Origin: Pseudovirgaria hyperparasitica
Taxonomy: Eukaryota
Length of the DNA stretch: 64,000 bases
Assembly: GCA_010093815.1 (NCBI GenBank)
Contig: ML996581.1
Reading direction: 5' to 3' (one strand)
A program made the translations under genes and the position numbers. Each line of letters begins with the position of its first letter. The first letter of the stretch is position 1. The notes below the pieces were generated by a model. The model had not been told where the DNA came from and did no database searches. It saw nothing but the letters and a program-made list of their open reading frames with translations. Shown here piece by piece: positions 39,095-51,804 of the stretch.

Positions 39095-39262
39095 TCAGTC
39101 AGTCAGTCATTCAGTCATTCAGTCATTCAGTCATTCAGTCATTCAGTCATTCAGTCATCCAGTCATTCAGTCATCCAGTCATTCAGTCATCCAGTCATTC
39201 AGTCATCCAGTCATTCAGTCATCCAGTCATTCAGTCATTCAGTCATCCAGTCATTCAGTCAT
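39095..39262 (+). repeat. (CAGTCATT/CAGTCATC)n octamer array, about 20 units
   Basis: Directly visible. Confidence 0.95.
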
Positions 39263-39559
39263 ATCAGTAATACCAGACATACCACAAAAAATAGTAATGC
39301 CTGGTCTATGCATACGCTACAAGACAGACGTATTCCTCTACTTGGTTCCTAACTTGATTAGATTATTTAGGAAGAAGAAGAAGGAGAAGTGCTTGCTGTG
39401 CTATGTTCTATGAGCTGTTGCTGCGGTGTTGACTGGCTGTTTTGATAGAGTTGGGATAATGAGTGGTGGCTATGCGTGTAAGGAGTCGTTTTTGTTAGGG
39501 ATATGATTGGGTGGTTGGTGTGGAGGAAGGACGCCGTGCCATGCTATGTAGTCTACTCG

Positions 39560-39950
39560 TCAGTGTGATGGCTGGTGATTCGGATAATGTGAATTTGAAC
39601 AAGACTAGGAATAATCGTAATGACGATAACAGTAGTACTAACAGGGCAACAGTAGAAGGACTAGTGTATGTCGGTTTAGATAATCGTTCGATTAGTATAT
39701 TCGGAGAATCAATTATATTATTGCTAGACTAGAGTATATAGTAATCTTAGCACTCGAAGGTGTTAGTATATACTTATACATACATTAGAAGAATAAAGAT
39801 GTATAAGAATATTTTCTCAAGCTTAAGTAGAAAGCCTAAGGCCTAAGTTTTATAAAGAATTCTTCTTCTATATAGATCTATAAGATTATATATAGTTTCG
39901 TATATGCCATAGAAGTAGAGATAAAAGAGGACTTAGAACTTAGAGGGGCG
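39560..39950. repeat. AT/TpA-rich island, probable RIP relic
   Basis: Dense TAG/TAA/TATA content and no ORF. Confidence 0.45.
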
Positions 39951-40164
39951 TCTCCATCCATATGCACACTAAGATTATCAGGTTCTGCCTAGGTACGGAA
40001 GAATGCGCTATTTACTAGGTGCAGCTAATTAGAGCTCGAGCTCCCCTGAAAGTTTAATCACGACCGTTTAAATGATGCATGCCTCTAGCCCCGCGGCGAG
40101 AGGCGAGCAGCGGTAACGCAAGATCAGGGACTGGGAACTGGGAACTGGGGTGAAGTGATAGAGA

Positions 40165-40471
40165 GTAAATATGGAGCTGTGGTATAGGCATCTATATTGA
40201 AAATAAGAAGGATCTTATACTGGACCGAGGGGTTCTGTCAGACAAAAAGTAAACAGTGCAGGTTCGGCAGCGTGATTCACGTGTCTGTCCGGGGTAACGC
40301 GTGTTTACATGTCATCCCTGTCACTCTCGCATCTGAAACCGCAGCGCAAAGTAAGGTGGGACGGGCAAACATCTCCCACCCCAAGACCCCAAGGGCGTGC
40401 ATCGTTCCTCCCCTTTCTATCTGCGCCTTCCCTTGTTGACGCTGAAAGCTCCTCCTTTTCTCGTTGTTTAC
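40165..40471 (+). promoter_or_regulatory. Cluster of forkhead (RYAAAYA) sites plus an MCB element
   Basis: GTAAATA at 40165-40171, GTAAACA at 40249-40255, ACGCGT at 40297-40302 abutting TGTTTAC at 40302-40308, GCAAACA near 40365, and TTGTTTAC at 40464-40471. Confidence 0.55.
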
Positions 40472-40630
40472 CTACCTGCACATCACTCCACTCTTGCTGT
40501 AGTCACTGTCGCCAATTCACTCTACTTTTCCGATCTCACTTCACCCCCGCTATCAGCTTATACGGCTGTTCGCCTCCTCTATCCAAAGCCATCGCTTGTC
40601 CTTGCTCAAGCTATCGACGCATAATTCAAG

Positions 40631-42335
40631 ATGACTATCGCTGGAAAGTACCAGAGGTTTCTGAACAGCCCTTCGGCGGACGCGCTGTCAGACAAGGCCT
40701 CGCTCAACTACATCACGACCCTCACGACAATAAATGAGCCGCTGCCAATCCTGAAGCACTTCGTCGGCCAGAGCAAGCTTTTGGAGAAGAAGAGCGAGAA
40801 GTTTCTTAGCACAATCGACAGCGGTAGTGCCCTTTGCGCCGATGTCGAGACCACCATCGAGTTCAAGAACGGTGGTGGCGCGTACTTACCTGGACTAGAC
40901 GATAATTTCTTGTCTGACCGCGTCGCAACATTCCCAGTGGTAAGTCGGTATTCGCCAATGTCGTGACGAATGCTGACAGGTTTTATCATAGGTTCACATC
41001 GTACACTTTGACGAGCAACAGAAGATCACCCAGATCCGTCAGTACTGGGACCAGGGAGCGCTGCTGAAGCAGATTGAGATTATTGGTGCCCGTGGAAAGA
41101 ATTGGCCTATCAAGGAAAGCAAAGATCAGATCAAGTTGATTGCGAACAGCGCTTCCCTCACACCCCAGGCTTTAATTGACAACTCGCGTCCCTCTACGAG
41201 CTCCTCCGATGCCATGAGCAATTCACAAAGACCTACCTCGAGCAGGAGCGCCACGAGAGGTGATCCTCATGCTAGTTTGAACCTCTTTGCACCCCGCGAG
41301 GTCATTGAAGAGGAGGACATACCCGCTGGTCCTGGCTACGCAACGCGCCAGTCTGCCAAACCAGAAGATCGTGATCTTGGCGAGCTATTCGTTGGTGAAC
41401 AGTCTGCTGCCACTGCTCAGAGCACGGCTTCGTCCAGAAAGAGCAGCAAGGCCGGCGCTGGCAAGAAATTCGTGGCCAACCGTATGTTCGACGTGGATGA
41501 TGACACTCCCGCCGACTCTCCGCAGAAGACTTCAATCAAGACCGAGGCGAAGAGATATGATCACTTCGAGTTTGGTGATGGCGAGGAAGCTGGTGGTGCT
41601 CCACCTACGCGTTCTATGATCAGCCAGCAACACAACAAGAAGCATCAGTCCCAGTGGGGTTTTGAGGATTTTGCTACGCCACAAAAGGCCGGCAACAAGA
41701 TTCAACCGCAGCAGGAGCGCCACTTTGGCTGGAGTGATGATGAGGAGGAGTCTCCTGTCAAGCGCCCGGTCGTACACCAGCCTCGCGCCAATCTAAAGGC
41801 TCAATTTGAGTTTCAGGACGACAGCACTCCAGAAGGCAACAAGAAACCTGTGTCAAACAAGGGGAAGGTTGCCAATGCCGGCATGGGCTTGTACAAGGAC
41901 CACATTCTCGGGGAGGATGAAATCACGCCCAACGCGAAGAAGCCCCTTGAAAATGTAACTGCTCAGTACAACAACGAGAATCGCAGGAAGGACTTTGGTA
42001 GCCAGTTCGAGATGAAGGATGCCAGCCCGGCAGCATCTCAACAGAGCACCGTGGATCAGAGGCCCATGGGTCAAATGGGCCAGACCCGTAAGAACGTACT
42101 GGAAAGCGGCATGAATGCTGGCTGGTCTCTATACGACGAAACTCCAAAATCACAGAGCAAGGAGAACCAGCCTCGCAAGATCTATAACACTGCTGGCAAT
42201 GGCATGGGAGGTCGTAAAGACGCACAGCAGTGGAACATTGGCGATGACGGTGGTGAAGCGATGCCCATTCGTGGCAAGCAGCATTCACAGGCTCAGGCTA
42301 ACAAGCAAACAGAGAAGAGCTTCTGGGACTTCTAG
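40631..42335 (+). CDS. Uncharacterised protein with N-terminal NTF2-like domain and long disordered tail, 2 exons
   Basis: Exon 1 40631-40939, intron 40940-40991, exon 2 40992-42335. Motif GGGAYLPGLDDNFLSDRVATFPV|VHIVHFDEQQKITQIRQYWDQGALLKQ is an NTF2/SnoaL-like strand signature. The protein ends ...GNGMGGRK...SFWDF*. Confidence 0.85.
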
Positions 42336-43425
42336 ACGATGTACGACATGTATGCCGAGTGAGCGAGCGAGCGATTTTGGACACGCTTTCCTTCTCTTGT
42401 TGAATATTGACGGTATCTGCACGCTGTTACGACTCGAAGCGAGCATGACCTGAACGGTCTTCCTTACGATAATAGCCTTCATTAGAAAGCCTGACGATCA
42501 TTCTTGTATCCTTTTCTTTCGTGTAATTTGTCTCCTTATCGTAGGTGGCGTAGCACTGCTCGGGCGCTGGAGAATGAACAAAAAGTCATTGCTCCATTCG
42601 TATATCAAAATGAGACTGGTTTCCTGTACCTGCAGAAATCTGTTGTGACACTTTGGCTGTAATATTCAGACCCGCTCCTATCCAAATATGGCCATCCTTG
42701 TACACGGTGCATGGAAAGGGGTTTTGGCTGCCGTGATCGGCTGTGTATTCGTATTACGACGCACCAAAAACTTGTCGTCATGAGAGCGTTTGGAGAGAGG
42801 GGGGGGGCATATATTGGCGTGCATACTTTGTATTCGATGTATGGCAACTCTTCTACTGTAATACCTATACTTGCTTGTATGTGCTTGCATCTCGTCGTGA
42901 AGTTTTATTGTATCATGAACGTGCTTTGAAAGCTATCTCTGCTCCAATAAACTATGTATGGATGGTGCAGACTATAATTTCAAGGAGTTGCAACTTCCTG
43001 GTACGTGCGCCTGGCCTAACCAGGCCTAAGCACCCGTTGCGTCGCTGTCGGGCTGGGCTGGGGCTTGGTCTCCTCCATCTTCGACATCACTGCATCTTCG
43101 CCGTCCATGGACAGCATTACACTCTCAGCCAAGCATCTTTCGTGGACTTTAGCGCGCTGATTACACCTCATTTCTTGTGGACTTTCTTTATTCCAATCTC
43201 TATATACCCGACGCTGCGTAGTCGGCTTGACGCCTAACCGAGAGGTCTCCTATACAATTATCCGTCTGCACCTCGACATTCTGCGGGCTCCCTCGGCGGG
43301 GCATTCATTCTACTGGTCTTTGCTCTCGGTTCGATTGTCAGAAACGCAACACGAACGGACATTTCAAATCTCGGCAGCGACATCCCACATCCCAGCTCTC
43401 GCTCAACGAATCCATTTCAGGCATC

Positions 43426-46400
43426 ATGGTGTTCCTTGGCATTTATCGCGCTATATACGACTATGCGCCGCAAGCTGAGACGGAGTTGCAAATCGCAGAG
43501 GGCGACTTACTCTTTGTTCTAGAAAAGAGCACGGACGATGATTGGTGGAAGGCAAAGAGGAAAGCAAGCAGTGAGGAGGAAGAGGAAGCGGAAGGCCTGA
43601 TACCGAATAATTACATTGAGGAGGTGAGTGAAGTTATATCTCAAGATCTTGGAAGAAGGATGCTCACGGGCGTCCTGAAGTAAGAATGAGGGCTGACATT
43701 TTTGCACGCAGGCGGTTCCAATTGCAAAGGCGAAGGCGATGTACGACTACACGCGCCAAACAGATGAAGAACTCTCATTTAGCGAAGAAGATCTACTTGA
43801 TGTATATGATACTTCTGACCCAGACTGGACTCTGGTCGGATTCAATGGCGAATACGGGTTTGCTCCGGCAAATTACATCGAGATGTCAGACTCACCCCCG
43901 GAGACGCCTGCGGCTCTAGCAGCTCCAGCAGCTCCAGCCGCTCCAGCCATGCCTCCTCGGCCAACAGTTGTTGAGCCTGAGGATGAGGAGGATGAGCCAA
44001 ATAGCCCACCTCCGATAAGCGGGCCAGCAGCTGCTCTAGCACAAGCTCTGCGAGGACAAGGTGCTGCGAGTGCAGGTCCCTCGGCGCCGCGGTCTGCCAT
44101 GTCACCACCGCCAAATCTCAGCGCTCCTCCTAAGAAGAAGAGTGTGCAGTTTACACCGGAAGAGTCCGACGAAGAGATACCTCCTCCGAACCTTCCGCAA
44201 AGACCTCCCTCGCAGACTCTCTCTCCTCCAATTACGCAGTATGCCTCTCCACGAACACCAATGTCCCCGCCGACCGACTACGACGATGAAGATCGACACT
44301 ATCAGCGGTCACCGTTATCGCCAAGCGGCTACCACCTGTACAATATTCATGAAATGGTCTCACACATGGGCAAGAACAAGAAGATGCCGATGACTTTGGG
44401 CATCAATGTGCCAAAAGGCACAATCATGATATCTCCAGAGAAAGCAAAGAATGGGCCTGAGAAGGAGTGGACAGCCGAGAAGCTGACGCACTATTCCATC
44501 GAGGGCAAGCACGTTTTCATGGAATTAGTCCGGCCAAGCAAGAGCGTGGACTTTCATGCGGGTGCCAAGGATACGGCTCAAGAGATTGTTGCCTATCTTG
44601 GAGAACTAGCTGGTGCTGCTCGTGGAGGTGGGATGGAGGACGTTCTGGCTGCTGGGTCAGGGGGACAAGTACAGAAAAAGGGCAAGATGGTGTACGAGTT
44701 CATGGCGCAAGGAGATGACGAGGTAACGGTCGCTCTTGATGATGAGGTCATCATCATTGATGATACGAAGAGCGACGAATGGTGGCAAGTGCGGCGACTC
44801 AAGAATGGCAAGGAGGGGGTTGTCCCCAGTAGTTACGTCGAGATCACGGGCACCATAAACGTCTCAGCAGCACCAAGTCGAAGCAGATCCGATGCAGGAC
44901 TCTCAATTGTCGAGCAGAATCGTTTGGAGGAAGAGAGGCTAGCAAGGCAAGCGACCAAGTCGCAAAGGAAGAATGATTCCAGAGGGGCAGAGGTAGGCCC
45001 TGGCTTGAGATTGCCTGAGCGACAAAGTAGCTTGGCGCAAGGCGATCCTGATACTAAACGCCATTCACAGAGAAAACGAGATAGCACGGCTAAGTCATCT
45101 TCGAGTTCGAAATCCAGTAAGTCATGTTCAAGTCGTGCTCGATAGTGGCGCTGATGATGATTGGTAGAGCCCGATTCTTCGAAAGTGCGAACCTGGACGG
45201 ACCGAACCGGCTCTTTCAAAGTCGATGCTGAGTTTATTGGTCTCAGGGACAACAAGATCCACCTGCACAAACTTAATGGTGTGAAGATTGCTGTCCCGGT
45301 GCAAAAGATGGCTATCGAAGACCTGGAATATGTTGAGCGCAGGACTGGAGTGTCCTTGGATGAGGACAAGCCACTGTCTGAGATCAAACGCCGGTCTACG
45401 CTGCTGAAAAGGGATAACGAACGCGCTTCCAAGGCGGGTATCACTGTTGAAAAGAAATCAGACTACGATTGGTTCGACTTCTTCCTCAGCTGTGGTGTCA
45501 ACCCTCAGATCTGCCAGACGTACACATCGGCTTTTGAGAAGGATCAGATGGGCGAGGAGAATATGGCGGATATCAACGAGAAACTCCTACGGACGCTGGG
45601 CGTGAAGGAGGGAGATATCCTTCGTGTCATGAAGTATCTGGACGCAAAGTACGGACGCGTAGGGGGTGCCGGAGATTCTGCAGATGCGAAGGGCGGGCTA
45701 TTTTCAGGTCCAGGGGGAGCCTTGCGTAATAACACTGGCAAGGGACGTCCGGCACCTCCAGTGCAGACTAACGACGTTGTTGACGCAAAGGTTTTTGAGC
45801 AGATGACGGACGCCGCAGTCAAACAGCCTCCCCCGGACGCGCAGGCGACCTCGTTGGCTTCAGCACCGGTAAAGCAGCCCACGAACGGATTCGATGACAA
45901 TGCTTGGGAAGTCAAGCCATCGAAGCAGCCCACTCCAGCCGCTTCTTCTCCTGCACAGCAGACGACCTCGCCGCCACCAGCTGCCCAGAGACCACCTACT
46001 GGTGCCATGGCAGAACTCTCGCTGCTCGACCAGCCCTTGATACCCGCACCTCCTGAGCCCAAGGCAGCTCCACAACCGCCAGTGCAACAGCACCTGCCAG
46101 CACCACAACCCCAACCTGCGGTCCTCCAACAGCCTGCACAGACAGGAGCCACTCAATCAGTCTTCGACCAAGTAGCTGCTGCTACCATGAAGGGACAGCA
46201 ACAGCCCATGGCACCCCCGAGACAGCGGCCTATGGCTCCGCAGCAGACGGGGATGCCCGGCAGCCTCATACAACCTCCACCGCAGCGTGCTGCATCCGCA
46301 CCACAGAACTTCCAACAACAGCAGAGTGCTTTTGGACCACCTCCTCCCCTACAGCCTCAACTCACTGGATATCAACCGCAGGTCCAAGCTCAGGTCTCTC

Positions 46401-47043
46401 CAGCCGGACAAAGCCTACAGGAGCTACAGCAGCAACGTATGCAACAACAAAACTTCCTCCAGATGCAGCCCACCGGCTTCCAGCAGCAGAATCAATTTGG
46501 CCAATTCTCGCAGCCCAGCTTCCAGATACCCCAGCCAACAGGTTTCAACCAGTTCCAGCAACAGCCTCAATTCCAACCTTCCAACGGCTCTCCCTTTGCC
46601 GACCCTCCTCGCGCCCCTTTCCAACCACAGCCAACCGGTTTCCAGCAATCGTTCTCCCCCATGCAACCTCAGCAAACAGGAATCAACGCCTTTCTCCAGC
46701 CCGCCCTGCAGCCTCAACGCACTGGCTTCCAGCAGCCTTCCCAGCAAACGGGCTTTGGTGGTACAAGTGGCTTCACTGTCCCTCCTGTGCCCCCAATCCC
46801 GACTCAGCCGACCATTGCGCCGCTCCAGCCGCAGAAGACGGGCCCGGCGCCGCAAATCAAGTTTGGTGTGCAGCCGGGACAGAAGAAGCTGGTGCCTCAG
46901 CCGACGGGCAGGGCGAATTTGAGTAAAGCTAGTATGTATCCTGTGATTAACTTGATGATTGTTTTTTGTTTTCGTTTGCGTGTGTGCGTGTGTGCAGAAT
47001 TGCTAACGGTTGTGTAGCGCCGCAGAATCCGTTTGGGTTTTAG
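43426..47043 (+). CDS. SLA1: Actin cytoskeleton-regulatory/endocytic adaptor Sla1, 4 exons
   Basis: Three SH3 domains (YRAIYDYAPQ, AKAMYDYTRQ, GKMVYEFMAQGDDE), SHD1 (RTWTDRTGSFKVDAEF...IHLHKLNGVKIAVP), SHD2/SAM (YDWFDFFLSCG), QxTG repeats, and C-terminal ANLSKA|TPQNPFGF*. Confidence 0.97.
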
Positions 47044-48070
47044 GGTTGTTCCGATGGTGGTAGTCTTGATGGATTTGTTGGAGACTATGATCGTGCTGGC
47101 AAGGGTGAAATGCCGTTGATACCTATGTGAGTATGAGATGGCGGTCGAAGTCGACATGCGGCAATGCAAGCAGGCAAGGAAGATGAGCAGACGGGAAGGA
47201 ACGAAGGCAGTGGAGTAACCTCCGGCTGGTGCTCCACGTTGTATATAGCTCATTGACTCTATTTCTGTCTTATCTATCTATTTACAGTCAAATCTCGTCA
47301 TCGCGATATCCAGTATACCGAGATCCTCGGTACAATGATAAAATTCTCGTGGACAAAAGCGAGGGTTTACTAGAAGATTAATCCTCAAATACGATATTCT
47401 CGCCATAGCGACACGTTTGAAGTAGCCGTATCCATATCATGATAACGGGATCTGACTGTATCGATGCATCTATCAATCTATAATGGCCTCTTCTTTCCCC
47501 TTATCCTTGAATGATCAATAATTAAATTCTAAATGAAATCTGAAACTTTGTATGCGAAATAAATATAGTACTGGTCTAGGAGTGACATACTGTGTAGAGA
47601 CAGGCGAGAACTCCAAACTGTGAGTGGATCCTGGTATCACGAAGTACCTCAGCTAGAGTCTTGAGTCCAATCATACTGCTGCTATGCCTCCTCCAGGCCC
47701 GTGCAGTATTAGACCGGTAAGGACATGTTTTGGAAGCGCACCTATAGAAAGTTATCCACTTGCTTACTGTAGGCGCACGGGATCGTATTAGATCTGCCCA
47801 CAGGTCATAGTATCGCTAACAGCTCACAGGTTACTGTTTTTATCGCGCCCGGGCTTAAGTTGACGCAAACCCATGGAAGAAAGCTAGGACTCACACCATG
47901 TCTGAACTACGTCTGGGATATTCAATGGTAGAAAATAGTTTGAATAGAGAGTTCTTCAAGGTACTTGAGAATATTATATAGAGTGTATCATCGTACAGCG
48001 CTCCTTGCTCGTGTAGATTCTGGTTGATATTATACTTTCATCACGCCCTCTCCATATATATCGGCGACTC

Positions 48071-48937
48071 ATGCTCCTACCTCTCACCGCGCCGGCGCGG
48101 CTGCTGCTGCTACTGGTGAGCTTATTACTCCTGCCTACAGCCTCTACGATCAGGACATACGCTTTCGATACGTCATGCGTCAAACACCCAGCATACGAAA
48201 AACTCCGTGATGGGATTGAGGAAGCGATCCACATCGCTACGCTGAGTGAATTCTACCTAAATTTCGACCCTCCTTTACAGTTCATCAACGAGGGCTTTCA
48301 ATACATTTTTAAAGAGGAGGCTGATAGTACGCGGGTGTTGGGCGTAATGGGGTACATTGGGGCCATGAAAGAAGAGAAGAGGTTCGAGTTTGCAGGACTG
48401 CACATCTACTGCGACAACACACGCTGGACGGAAGAGTCTCCAAGTAAAGCTATATCGGACACGGGAGAGCCAGTGTGGTCAGATTATAGCAGCGGTATGA
48501 TGTTTGTGACTAAGCCGGAGTGCACCGACACAATGACAGCTACAACCTACGTAGGCAGAGAAACCCCTCCCGGGTACGAGCACTACAGGCCAGCAGATCG
48601 AACGACCATAACGATATGCGAGTACGGCCTGAAAGCATTAAAGGGAAGTCTGCCTAAGGATATCGGGAAGCTAAAGACAATGGAAGATTTAGAGATGTAT
48701 ACTAGTACTCTATTTCTTCACGAGTTGGGTCATACGAGTCCGCTAGAGCTAAAGGATGTTTACCCAGCATATGGGTGGAAAAATGTCCTCCAAAAGCCAT
48801 CAGACGACGCGCTGGACAATGCGGACAGCTATGCTTTTTTCGGAATGCTGGTATATTTAAGTAGCAAGGGGTATCGCCTTTTACCAGGTAGTATTGTGCC
48901 TTTTCCACCCAGAAATAAAACCCAAAGAGAGGATTGA
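48071..48937 (+). CDS. Secreted aspzincin/M35-like zinc metalloprotease
   Basis: Intronless 288-aa ORF with a hydrophobic signal peptide, ITIC, HELGH (HExxH), a downstream D...AYGW and NADSY motifs. Confidence 0.8.
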   Translation: MLLPLTAPARLLLLLVSLLLLPTASTIRTYAFDTSCVKHPAYEKLRDGIEEAIHIATLSEFYLNFDPPLQFINEGFQYIFKEEADSTRVLGVMGYIGAMKEEKRFEFAGLHIYCDNTRWTEESPSKAISDTGEPVWSDYSSGMMFVTKPECTDTMTATTYVGRETPPGYEHYRPADRTTITICEYGLKALKGSLPKDIGKLKTMEDLEMYTSTLFLHELGHTSPLELKDVYPAYGWKNVLQKPSDDALDNADSYAFFGMLVYLSSKGYRLLPGSIVPFPPRNKTQRED

Positions 48938-48939
48938 AA

Positions 48940-49310
48940 TCAAGAGTATAGACTTATTCATTAGTGAATTGATGTTATTAGAAGTAAGAGAAAGATAGTA
49001 AGAGAGTTTATAGTAGTAAGGTTTCAGATAATCTAGCTACCTGTTTTACTTAGACAAGAGTCATTACTACATTAGCTATATTCTTTTATAACTTCCAGAC
49101 TTATAGATATATCCTAATCCTATATCTATATCATATTCTTACTAGCTATACTACTATTATAGTAGTAAGAGTATCTACTTATCTTCTAGTTTAGTTCTTA
49201 ATTTATTTCATACTACTATTATTATCTTAAGCTACTTTATAGCTTACTACTAATTACTAGTTTTAGTTCTCTTGTCTTAGTTGTAAAAGTAGAGCTAGAT
49301 TCCTTCCCAT
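48940..49310. repeat. AT/TpA-rich island, probable RIP-degraded repeat
   Basis: Very low GC, dense TA/TAG/CTA, and abrupt boundaries against GC-balanced flanks. Confidence 0.6.
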
Positions 49311-49733
49311 TCCCTTTGACGCGCCTGACAGCAACAGCGACACGTTCATTCTACACAAGCATGTATGTTCACACAGTAGCATATGTAGAATCAACAAACT
49401 CTTCGCATACTATAGCAGGCTTCGATGTATCTAATCTAAATCAACAGATCCGTGGTCTACTGTTCGTACAAACGACTGCATTCTTGTGTCCGCGTGGACT
49501 TGCCCTTCCTGTACCACCGATCCGATCCCTTCTAGTAGTAGTAGAGAGTGGCGCCTTTCTGAAATAAATGACAAAGACAAGAGACCCGTGGGTGCTCATG
49601 GTTGAAGCGCCAGTGATGCCCATTGCTCCCAATCAAAATGCTAAACGCAAACCCGAACCCTCCGATGCAATTGACACCACGCTAGTATGACTGACCCAAA
49701 AGTAAAGGACCGAAAGGAGAAAAAGCCTCGAGT

Positions 49734-50881
49734 TTAATATCGCTTCTTCTTGGCGGCAGCGGCAGCGGCTAGTTTCTCCATCTGTTTCTTACGCAATAGT
49801 TTCGCCTGCCTGAGTGCGGCCTCCTCCCGCAGTGCCTCTTCATCTTCTTTCTTTGCCGCGCGCAAGCTAAGCTGTTCTTCATGGTCGACATCAAACGCGC
49901 CAGCTTCCATGTCAGAGGATGCGTCAGACATGTAAGATTCTTCTTCGTCTTCATCTTCATCGGCGTATGCATAGCTGGGTCCTCGATTCTTCTCGGATAT
50001 CCTGCCATTATAGCCCTTCACGTAAGGTGCGGACTTGTGGGATTTCGTCGCAGGACCGGAGCGCGCAGTGCCGCTGTATGATGGCTCGGGAGCCTTCCCA
50101 TGCGCAGTGCCCTGGTACGAGGGCTCGGATTTCTTCTTCTCCCTTGCAGTATCGGACTTTGCGTCAGGCTTTCCCGGGCGTCCATTTGTAGTTGCCGACT
50201 TGCCTTTGCTCAATAGCTGCTGTTTCTTTGCCTCCTCTTTACGAGCCAAAAGCTCCTTCTTGGTCAATTTCTCGGTCTGTTTGTGTGTGATCGAGCCGAC
50301 TACGGGCTTCTCGGATTGAGTGGCCTTGGCCCGAGCCAACATGGCTGCATATGATCCGGCTTTAGGAGCAGGTGGCGCCAACCCACTGTTTGCCGGCGTC
50401 GTGGGCCTGGAGATGGGTCTCGCAGGGGCGGATGACACCACTGTAGTCGATTTGACGACAGATTTGGGTCCATTTGTCGTTGACGGCCCGGAATTCGCAG
50501 TCCCACGGTATGGAAGACTATCCGGGCCAGTTGATGCAGGCCTTGACGAAGGTCGACTCACAGGTGGCGTAGCACTGGCTTTTGCAGTCCCGGTATACCG
50601 AACCGCACCATGCTGCTGATCGTCTGTCCGAGGTGCCTTTGTCGCTACAGCGCCTATGTCACTCTCGGCCTTGCGTTTCGTCGCTTGAACTAGGGTGACG
50701 CCATTTATGGGAAGTGGTCTTCTGCTACCAGGCGTGGAAGAGAGCGTTGGAGCTCGTGCCGGGGCTGTAGAGGGGCTCGCCGGCTGGCCGGTGCCAATAG
50801 AGGAAAGAACGGAGTTGAGGAACTCGTTTCATTGTCAGCGCATCGCCCGCGTTATAATCAAAGGGTTTAACTCACGCTCAT
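49734..50881 (-). CDS. SPT2: Spt2-type chromatin protein, 2 exons
   Basis: The exon ATG AGC (50881-50876) is followed by intron 50875-50823 and exon 2 (50822-49734, 363 codons). The protein has a K/P/S-rich body with repeated YxGTA motifs and the C-terminal Spt2 signature SSDMEAGAFDVDHEEQLSLRAAKKEDEEA. Confidence 0.85.
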
Positions 50882-51370
50882 AGTATGACCTCGATCTGTA
50901 GATTCTCAGTGCTTTGATATGCAGATTCTCGCGCGCATCATGGGAATAAGAAGGGCGTGTGGTGAATAATATGGCGTGCTCGTCACGGCGAGACACGCCA
51001 GATGTAGTTTGAGGGAGAAAGATGGCCTGACAACAACCTGCTAGGAGACGTGGACGCCGTTGCAATTTATAGGCGGGCAGGGACAGCACGTGATCTTATC
51101 GATGGCGGTGACGCGAGCACAAACGCGGACTAGCGCACACATCTGCACGCGAAATTCAATGAGTCTCCAAGCCTGTGACTGTGCACTTTGATAGCCAAAA
51201 CTTCTACAAACCACACCCAGAACTTGACGCTCAGTCTCCGCCCACGCGGTTAAATCGATTGAAACGCTTGTTCATATAACGCTCAAAAAACTGTCAGTCT
51301 TTACTTTTACTCTCGCAAATTCCGTATTCTGCCAATATACTGACCAAAGTCTGTAGTCCCATCCTACAAA

Positions 51371-51804
51371 ATGAAGCACCTCGCAGCCTACCTCCTCCTT
51401 GGAATCGGTGGAAACACCTCGTACGTCGCCGTTATCGTATTTGGAGCTCTTTCTAACAGACAGCAGTCCCTCTGCCGCAGACGTTAAGGCTGTCCTTGAA
51501 TCCGTCGGCATCGAAGCTGATGATGAGCGTCTTGACAAGCTTATCTCTGAGCTCAAGGGCAAGGACATCTCAGAGGTGCGGAATAATGGTCTATTGAGAC
51601 GTCAAAGTTACTGACATGGTGTAGCTGATCTCTGAGGGATCCTCTAAACTCGCTTCCGTTCCATCTGGTGGCGCTGGCGGTGCCGCTGCTGGTGGTGCTG
51701 CTGCTGCCACTGCTGGTGGTGACGCCGCCCCGGCTGCTGAGGAGGCTAAGGAGGAGGAGAAGGAGGAGTCAGACGACGACATGGGCTTCGGTCTGTTCGA
51801 CTAA
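51371..51804 (+). CDS. RPP2: 60S acidic ribosomal protein P2, 3 exons
   Basis: Exons 51371-51420, 51467-51575 and 51625-51804: [33 protein letters not shown]...[13 protein letters not shown]...[13 protein letters not shown]. Confidence 0.97.

Noticed and set aside
39075..39413. ORFs with SHSVIQSF repeats
   Set aside because: Translations of the octamer tandem array.
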